DNA of 55,683 nucleotides, counting the filler, from Sphacelaria rigidula (lineage: Eukaryota), in NCBI GenBank assembly GCA_964200075.2. It is 6 parts of 6 records of this genome, joined end to end, with 100 filler letters (N's around TTAATTAATTAA, not from the genome) between each part and the next. Parts side by side here need not be neighbours in the genome. Positions count along the whole stretch, not along the records: positions 46,488 to 55,683 come from CAXNAA020009070.1; 5 more parts are not named here. One strand, given 5' to 3'. Below, piece after piece: positions 47,481 through 55,683 of this stretch. Positions within the stretch are counted from its first letter, which is position 1. The number at the start of each line of letters is the position of its first letter. Position numbers and translations under genes: made by a program. The notes under the pieces were generated by a model that saw only the letters and a list, made by a program, of their open reading frames with translations, was not told the DNA's origin and did not search any database.

Positions 47481-47815
47481 CTGGAAATGGAGGATTTTTG
47501 GTTGACATATGAAGCCACACCGAATTGTGTATCGAACATTCCGGTATGGCCCGGTAGGATATCGAGCGCTGTTCCGAACAATCCGATATGGTTTGCAAGG
47601 GTACTCACTGATAAAAACCCCGCTTTAATATTCGTGTAAATACCGTAGCCGAATTTCGGCCGGTATATAATATACCCTACAGAACAAGGAACACAACCTT
47701 GAACGTTTTGTTGCAATTCGTGGAACAACATGACACACCATTCTACCGCGTTCGTCATTTGCCAGAGCTGTTAGCGCGCGCGTCACTTTGTTAATCATAT
47801 CTCCATCTGCGCCCA
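47481..47815 (-). CDS. Tentative gene fragment (exons 47815-47747 and 47676-47481), weakly fucosyltransferase-like
   Basis: Two AG/GT-bounded exons join in phase across a 70-nt intron to give ALANDERGYIIYRPKFGYGIYTNIKAGFLSVSTLANHIG. Only a loose resemblance to the N-terminal motif of GT23/GT37-type enzymes. Confidence 0.3.
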
Positions 47816-48960
47816 CTACAGACCATACGTCGATGACAACAGTATCCAGGGTGCAACCGCAAGGACCACAGTGGGGGGGGGGGGGGTGAGACCATTCGAT
47901 CGACGGGAAACACCGCTGGGTCAGTCAGCGTGGACAGATTTCCCGCTCTTGAAATCTCGTGCACAGCCAGCCAACAAGAGGGTGGATCTGAGGCAAATTG
48001 CCGGCCGGTTGCATGTAGCGACACACACACACACACACGCAAAGAAGTTCTCAGAATCTGAAGAGGTCGGCCTTGCTCTGTCTTTGAACGAGCCTTCGAC
48101 TGGGAAAGGAGTTTGGAGTAGTTTACCATGATTGTGGAAGAGTACAACTGTTTGAGGTGATGTGCATTGGCACAAGTGAACCCAGATTGACCGCTCGGTC
48201 AGAGCTTCGGAACAGTATCTTTCAACGGACACCTCAGGGGTTCCTAGGAGGCGAGAAGCTGCGGGCTTCACTGCCCTCAATCTCACGAAAGTTCAGGTTA
48301 GGCATCACGCTGGTCTGATAAAAATGACGAATGCGGTGAATCGATATCTCGATAACTGCTGGTGACCGATATGCAGCCGTCGAGCACCAAACATTCACAC
48401 AATTAGTGTTGGATATCAAACCATTTAGCATTTCGATATGATATTGACTCCTTGAGGTTTCGATAACGACAATTTTCGATCAATTTCGGTGAAGCCGGCC
48501 CGCGAGCACATCCGGGCCAGCGCAGCGAGTCCGCTCGCTGTGCGAGCCCCAAATATCCCCCCCCTTCCCCCCCCCGATGGTCTCATGACTTATGGCATGC
48601 CTGATCATGAGCACACCCCCCCACCCCCCTCCGACTGGTGAGGGGGCTGCGGGAGGCGCCGCCGGAAGCAAAAATATTGGGCTATTTGGCTTAATTTCCC
48701 ATCAAAATTGGCAAACTTTATTGAAGGCCTCCTAGCCCAGCGGGACAAAACCCAGCAATTACCAGGGCCTTCCTTATCCACTCTGGCTGCAGAAATGTGG
48801 GTAAATTTGTACCGAGGAGAAACGAGCACGAACAAAGCAGGTTTTTGACGAAGCATCTCCAGAAATACTCGGAGCATTTCCAGCAAAGTCAGGGGCATCA
48901 AACATGGGATTTCACGAACTGCAGACGGATTTGCTTTCGAGGATGGATGAGCCGGTAACG

Positions 48961-49490
48961 TCAACCCTTAGACCGCGGTGCGGGTAGTTCATCTGGATCT
49001 CATGCATACTTTTTGCGAGTGAAAATTGATGCCGATTCAATTCATCACCTACCCTCGCCGTCTAGGAGTTAACCGTTTGACCGCGGGGGTAGGCGATCTG
49101 TCAGATAGGCACGATTCATCATCATTTTCCAGATATGAATGATGCCGATTCAATATATCACCTACTCTTGCGGTCAATGGGTTGACCCTTTGACCGCGAG
49201 GGTAAAGGTCACCGGCTGAATCAGCACCCACTTCACTTGAAAAAATAGACGTGATCCAGATGGACTACCCGCATCGCGATCTAACGGTTCACCTACTCTT
49301 GCGGTCAATGGGTTGACCCTTTGACCGCGAGGGTAAAGGTCACCGGCTGAATCAGCACCCACTTCACTTGAAAAAATAGGCGTGATCCAGTTGGACTACC
49401 CGCATCACGGTCTAACGGCTAACCCTTGGATCGCGGTCCGGGTAGTCCATCTGGATCATGCATACTTTCTCTAGTGGATATTGATCACGA
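48961..49490. mobile_element. Tandem stack of five ~100-bp piggyBac-like MITEs, including a 131-bp direct duplication
   Basis: Units start CCCTT(T/A)GACCGCG and end in its reverse complement; junctions are TCAA, TTAA, TTGA, TTCA, CTAA. 49158-49288 is nearly identical to 49289-49419. Confidence 0.65.
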
Positions 49491-49803
49491 ATTTCACTGT
49501 CTTTTTTCGATCGAAAGCTTGAAACTTCATCCGGACCCAACTGCATCAAAACGAGGAATTTTGCTCAAGTCAATTCCACCGCCTCATTTTTTCGATCGAA
49601 AACAAAAGTGTTAAGACAGGCCCTAACAGGGGTTTCTGAAAAATGGGAACGATCGGACGTCGAAATTGGTCGGAAAAGACACGGAAAAATTTCCCACTTG
49701 CTGTTTTCTTCAAGTAAGGGAGGCCACACATCATGACAGGAGAATGCTCTTCTAAAAGAGTTTCCCTCGGAAGTGTTTCGAGGCTCGCGTGTGAACGTTC
49801 CAA

Positions 49804-50068
49804 GGGTCGGGCGAATTAAGATTTGTCGGGAAATTACTTGATTTTCGTGTGATTGATTCGTACGTTACGAATCAATCCGTAGGCTTCGTTTTCAGCGTTG
49901 CGAGCCAGGTACGTGCAGCCCGGGCACGTGGAATGACGTAAACATTGTATGGAGACCTCTTTGACAATCGGTCGACTTTTTTTTCCTCTTTCGAGCAATC
50001 AGGCCGGAAAAATCGTGGAATTGGTGACCCCAACCGGCGATGATTCGTCCGAACCGTGGGACGTTCCC
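49804..50068 (+). repeat. Interspersed double-hairpin repeat family, copy 3
   Basis: gattgattcgtacgttacgaatcaatc palindrome plus shared body. Confidence 0.78.
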
Positions 50069-50936
50069 AAGGTTCATTCTTGAGAAATCCATCCGCAATT
50101 TATAAAATTCCATGTCACCAGAGGAATAATGAGCACATGTTACCGCGTGTACTTTGGTTTTGAGCAGAAAGTCAAGACAAGAGGTCAACAGAGGGTATGA
50201 AGGCACCCCGAGCACCTACCTTTGTACTGGATGAAACACGAGTATGTATGCGATCATTATGCTCATCATCAGGGCGTTGAACTCGAGGTCAATGATTTAA
50301 AACATACACTACGCGAACTCGGAGACATGAGGAAAAAAAAAACGAGCGCGCAATGAATCATATGAAACGAAAACTCGAGGAGGGGGAAAAAAAAAGAGCC
50401 CTAACTGGCACCTACAGAGTTGTGAGATTTTTGTGCACCTCAAGACGTATGGCCAAGGAACCATTATTAACGAGCAGAGGTGTGAGATTTTTTTTTGTAC
50501 CCCGAAGTAGGATGACCAAGGAGCCCAAATGCCTTCTTGGAGCATAGGCTTGCCCGAATTGAGGTTCAGACAACGTCAACGCGAGAAGCAGAATGGATAA
50601 GAGCGTATTGGAAAAATTACATCTCACCAGAAAAATGATGACTAATCACTCATCAATCAGGTAAAAAAGACATCATTTATCGTATCGAGCAGTTTTCGAT
50701 ACGATAACGACAGCATGATTTTAAACCAGCGAAGGTTCTGAGAAAAATGACGGTTTGGGGTAGATGAGCAGTGGATCCAGCTCGTCCAGAACGTGTTTTG
50801 GTCGAAATCGGTGCCTGCGGCTCGATTTCAGGTTTGCCAACGTACGCTTTCTCCAAGAGAATCTATGCACCCTCTTTGCCCGAGGGTCTCGTACGCCTTG
50901 GGTCGGGGTCGGGGTCGGGGTCAGGGTTAGGGTTCA

Positions 50937-51034
50937 CCCTTTGACCGCGAGGTTAGTCTTCTGTTGAATCGGCATCAATTTCGAGTGAAAGAAAGTATGC
51001 ATGATCCAAAGAGACTAATCTCGCGGTCCGAGGG
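50937..51034. mobile_element. Solo piggyBac-like MITE (98 bp)
   Basis: 23-bp TIRs with 3 mismatches (ccctttgaccgcgaggttagtct / agactaatctcgcggtccgaggg), flanked by TTCA and TTAA. Confidence 0.68.
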
Positions 51035-51299
51035 TTAAGGTTAGCGCTTTTGTTAGCTTGTTCGAAATAATCAACCATGGATACACGATCAAAACGTGAG
51101 GTCGACTCCATGCACACTCAACCATACACACACGCACAAACACGTTGACTTCTTGACCGCCATGGTACGCGATCCGTTGGAGTCACTTCACACTTGGAAA
51201 ACGAGGTAAAAAAAATGGATTCAACAGACCGCCTACCCCGGCGGGTGGAGTTTTTTTTCTTCCTTCACTTGACGATCACCATTTTTTTTTCACACCATG

Positions 51300-51555
51300 C
51301 CCAACAACAGTGGAGAGCGACTATGTCGTGGGTACACCACATTCGACTCAACGGTCGACGAGGGAAAAGGACTGCTGAACCCCTCTCGCGATAAAAAAGA
51401 AAGGCAAACACCGCAGAAGGAAGATGTGATACTAAAAAATAAATGAAGAAAAAACTCCTGTGTTGACCTTCCTCCTGTGTGACCCGGGCTGATGCGCCCA
51501 CATATACCGAAAGGTGTGGACTGGCGCCCAGAAAAGATGGGACGACAACACACAC
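51300..51555 (+). mobile_element. SINE, 5'-truncated copy
   Basis: caacagtggagagcgact...cgcagaaggaag...accgaaaggtgt...gacgacaacacacac. Confidence 0.8.
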
Positions 51556-52502
51556 AACGCTGTACGGAACTGTACTGTATTTGCAAGCAGCCTGGATGCT
51601 ACTTCAGACAGTCACAAGAGCTGCAGACAGTAAAGCGGCGAATAATTTGTAGTCAAATAAAACAGTAGCACAGCGGTCAGGGCATGTCTTACAGTGGCAA
51701 TTTATTTCTGGTCGACAAAGAGTGGCGGAGAAGAAAAAAAATATGGTCTGACAGGTCAGACATCCTGTATGGCAGTCACCAATTTCGATTCTTTCCAGCA
51801 TCAGCTTTGGGGGAAAAAAAAAACGGGGAACTAACTTCACGGACCCCAATTTTTCGAATAAATCGGGGCAAAACGTTCCGAAATCATGACTCCCCCCGAT
51901 TTTTTCGATGTGACGTATGTGCATTGACGTACAATCGTAGGGTATGGGGCGTTTGAAACTATTGCAACCGCAGCAGCCGAGAGTCTCGTGACAGCGCGCA
52001 GGGCGTGCCTGCCCTCGCCAGCTGCTGAAGCAGCTTCGCACGGGGTTTGACAAGCGAATAATAAGTGGTGACGCCGTACCTTGCGGCGATGGTAATATTT
52101 TATGCTGCGCTGCGGTGCCTTATCTGTCACTCAATAACGCTCTATAACGAACGGTACTGTTCTCTCCTCATCTGTTGTCGGTGCACTTGCAGGGTGATGT
52201 ACGGCACTGCACGTCTGAACTTTGCTCGCGCTGTGTTTATTCACTGTTTTCGCAATACCGACTACTGCGCCATCATGTACGACCACGCGGCATCATCATG
52301 TACTGTACTGACGGAGTATCCTGCACTGTACTTCCTCTATGCCATCAAGTCAAGTCCGTTATGATCACACGGGCGCTTTAACCGTGTCAAACGCCGCAGG
52401 CGAAATATATATTTTAATCTTCAGGTTTTTTTTAGTTGAATCGCTTTCCCCCCCCCGCTTTACCCAGCAGCCAGCGTATGCGAACAGCCGATGAACGATC
52501 AG

Positions 52503-52710
52503 TGTGTGTGTGTGTTGTCATCCCATTTACTCTGGAAGCCAGTCTACACCTTTCGGTATATATGTGGGCGCATGAGCCGGGGTCACACAGGAGTTTTTCC
52601 TTTCTTCTCTTTTAAAACTCCACCTTCCTTCTGCGGTGCTCGCCTTATTTTTTTTCATAGCGAGAGGGGTTCAGCGATCCCTTTCCCTCATCGACCGTAA
52701 AGTCGAATTT
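52503..52710 (-). mobile_element. SINE, 5'-truncated copy
   Basis: gtgtgtgttgtcatcccattt...ctacacctttcggt...ccaccttccttctgcggtg...cgaccgtaaagtcgaattt. Confidence 0.78.
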
Positions 52711-54089
52711 CGATCAGTCGGCCCACAAATAGTCATATTTCGCCCTTTGTCCAGAACACAGAGAAGAACCCTGGCAACCCGAAAAACGGGGAAAACCGCG
52801 AGCAAAACTATAACTGGCTCTTTTTCTTCGGTTCATCGCTGGCATATGATGGCTACGCCTAGTCCGAAACCACTCGTTTACGTTGCAGCCTTCGATTGCT
52901 TCAAAACGAGCCAAATTCGTCGAAAGCCGGCCGACAATGTACAGATTGGCGAAATTTGGTCGAAATTTGGTCATGTATGATACATTCATTCTCAGTAATT
53001 TCGGCTAAGTTTTTTTTTCTTTTTTTTCCCTATTGCGCACATCAGCACATCAACAGCTTTAAAAAAACCCCAACTATAGCATCGTGGGCAATTCCGTTGG
53101 CGATATACGATCTGCCCCCATAACGAACTTTGCTCATGGCACAGAGGAAGTATTATCCTAGGGTACCAAGGTACGAAACTGTAGGGTTAGGGTTAGTCAC
53201 CACCTGCCTACTCTTAGACTTCGTGCACGAGTACGCAGTACCACACTCATGCAGAAAATGACCGTCTGTGTACAGAACTGTTTCTCAAGTCTGTGATACT
53301 GTCTGTCCCATGAAACGTTCCCCCCGATTATGAGCTCGCAAATTCGAGTCCCCTCCGATTTTTCCAAAAGCAAGGTCCCAAAAAATTTAGATTCGTTGCC
53401 ATAAAAGTTGGTCTCACCAGGATAGGTCGTCGTTTTGATCAGTCATTTACGTTGAGATGGTGACCCATCAGACCGAATATTTTTTTCCACGGCACTTTTT
53501 TCGACCAAAAAAGAAAATCTTGCGAAGACTCGCTCTCAGGATAGAAAGGTAGTTATTACGCCATCAGATGAAGGCTTATTCATCTCTGTGACCAAAAAGT
53601 TTACGTTTGGGTTGGGGCATTCGATTGATCTGATTGACTAATTGTCGGACTTTAACTGACCCCCCAGGGACCCAGCCGTGGTAACATGATAAACTGCATG
53701 CTCGCCGTTAACGCTGGGGAAACGCGGCACTACCCCGTGTGTTTACTCCGTGCGTTCAGCACTGTCTGTTGTGCCATACTGCGTACTGTCTGTCTACTGA
53801 ATCCATCTCGAACACACGTTGACGTCCTTGTATTTGTAAGGCTTGGCGACCGTGTCGCGTTTCTTCTCCTGCAGTACAGTTGCGGCCCGGAGAGAAGCAA
53901 ACATCCACTGGGAGTCGAGACTCAGAGCCTTACTTCAGGAGCAAACATCAGCGTAAGTCCTCACTTCTGTAATCTTTAGACCAACTCTAATGGAAGCCCT
54001 CCAAAAATCCTTTTGAAAACTTCCTCTCGGGCCTTTCTCCGTCGTTATACGCTCGGAAAGAGGGCGAGGCAGATGTCGAGACCTTGGAA

Positions 54090-54320
54090 TGGCTTGCTCT
54101 ATTCGTTGAGGCCGTTCCAGGGCAACTTTGCGTTTCCCGCTGGCCACTCGCTTCGTCGATAATATACGATCAAGTGATGAAAAAACGGGGGGGAAACCGT
54201 CAATGTTTTTTTTCACCTCGCCGTTTGTTATTGAAAACGCAAGTTTGACCAAAAGTAAAACTGCGGCCAGCGGGAAATCGGAAGCTGCCCTGGAACGGTC
54301 TCAACGAGTAGAGCAAGTCA
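54090..54320. repeat. Inverted repeat, ~56-bp arms around ~120-bp spacer
   Basis: 54090-54145 tggcttgctctattcgttgaggccgttccagggc...tttcccgctggcc pairs with 54265-54320. Confidence 0.75.
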
Positions 54321-55079
54321 CGCCAGGGTGTAAGCATCCGCCTAGCCGTTCAAAAATCCTGTTGAAAATGCCTTTTTTTATGCCCTTCTCTGCCGTTTCA
54401 CGCCCGAACAATCTTAGCAGGATGCAGCTTACCCTCATTGCGACTCGCCGAACACATCACGGTGCTTCGAGCATGGTGATTGAATGCGAGCCTGGTCCGG
54501 CAAAAACCGTCCCGGCTTTATAGGATTGTGAGGTCAATGGTCCTGACTACGGCATGCAAGATCATAAGAATACCCCAACAGATGAGTACGCCCCCCGCCT
54601 TGTGCTATACCTCTAGCGGCATCCACGCTCCCCAACGGTGGTGTCTGTCTCCGTGCTACTACACGACTTCAACGGCAACTTCATGCTGTGCGTGCTTCTG
54701 TCAGCGTGCAGGATTACGTACGATTGCGTGGTACACGTAGTACGCGTTACCACGCATCGCAGGGGGGAAGGGGGTGCCGGAACTCCCTCCAGCACATCAC
54801 CCACTTCCCAACAACAATGAACATACCTCCGTGTGTGCGCGCGGGGGAGTAGAGGGAGGTTAGGAATATTGGAGTGACTAATTCAATGCGCACTCCCCCC
54901 TTGATATAAATTTCATATTTCTCGTATGAATGTTTCATTTTTTCTCCTTGTCTAGTAGCTGACTTTGAGCTCTGTTTTTTTATCCACGTCTTGTTATTTT
55001 TTCGTGAAAATTCCAGCGTCTTTTTCTACCAACACCATTTTTTTCTCAACTGTCGACCGCAACAGTCTGGATGGATTAA

Positions 55080-55177
55080 CCCTTCTTTGACCGCGAGAAT
55101 AGGTCATCCGTTGAATCAAGTTCAATTCACCTGTAAACGGTTGGACGGTCAGATGACTTACCCTCGCAGTCAGGAAG
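55080..55177. mobile_element. Solo piggyBac-like MITE (98 bp)
   Basis: TTAA on both sides; imperfect TIRs ccttctttgaccgcgag..ggtcatc / gatgac..ctcgcagtcaggaag. Confidence 0.6.
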
Positions 55178-55683
55178 TTAAATCCCACTAAACCCTTGGG
55201 AATATGTTGCTCCTGGTCTGTATTTGCACGAGGTATGTGTGTATGTGTGCGTTGCCATCTTATCAGACGGCACGGCGCACATGGAGGTACCGATAGCCGC
55301 AACACAACTTACGAACAAACGCAAATAATATAGTCGCCATGATGTATGTTCCGGCACACGCCATGCTCTCCACGTTGGGTTTTCTGTGCCTCTGGGTATA
55401 CAAAACGGCAGCTTTCCCCCCTTCATACTTTGTCGGCGTGCATCATACTCGGATGAGACGCGAGCTATCATAGAGTTTTGAGCTTCGAAATATCCAACAG
55501 AGTGCTTTTTTTTATTTTCGAGCTGACAGTGGGAAATCATGCAGATTCAACCACGCGACGAGTAGTGAGGGACGAGAGAGAGTACGACATCATGTTACTG
55601 TTGTACTACCATCTCTTTGAACAGCACTCCAGACAGTAGATCTATTTTGGGATTGGTCTCTGCTCTATGCGACAGTTTCGATT

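Noticed and set aside
48961-49490. CRISPR-like array of palindromic repeats
   Set aside because: The intervening sequences are homologous to each other, orientations are mixed, no cas genes are present, and the context is eukaryotic.
51480-51535. Hammerhead ribozyme in the SINE 3' part (ctgatg...cgaaa)
   Set aside because: It lacks the CUGAnGA core, and the motif is not conserved in the other SINE copies.

Overview
Eukaryotic, intron-rich, repeat-rich DNA, most likely a brown alga or related stramenopile (inferred from gene content and style, not proven). The window is not one locus. It is six contigs of about 9.2 kb, in descending length order (1-9198, 9299-18496, 18597-27794, 27895-37091, 37192-46387, 46488-55683), joined by artificial N44-TTAATTAATTAA-N44 spacers. 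Gene pieces reconstructed by splice site and phase: three exons of a PPR protein (contig 1); the first coding exon of a CHST15-like type II membrane sulfotransferase (contig 2); a probably complete two-exon TKL-like kinase of about 1829 aa with 12 x 52-aa repeats, a WH2-like motif and a split N-lobe (contig 3); C-terminal exons of the cohesin loader NIPBL/Scc2 (contig 4); five exons of a giant repetitive 'titin-like' stramenopile protein with a decayed LINE in its intron (contig 5); and a weak glycosyltransferase-like fragment (contig 6). Mobile DNA includes LINE 3' ends that terminate in poly(C) rather than poly(A), a tRNA-Arg-derived SINE with a (CA)n tail, a ~100-bp piggyBac-like MITE that stacks in tandem, and several hairpin-bearing repeat families. 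No rRNA, intact tRNA or CRISPR array was seen. The best novelty candidates are the repeat-WH2-kinase architecture and the poly(C)-associated retrotransposons.
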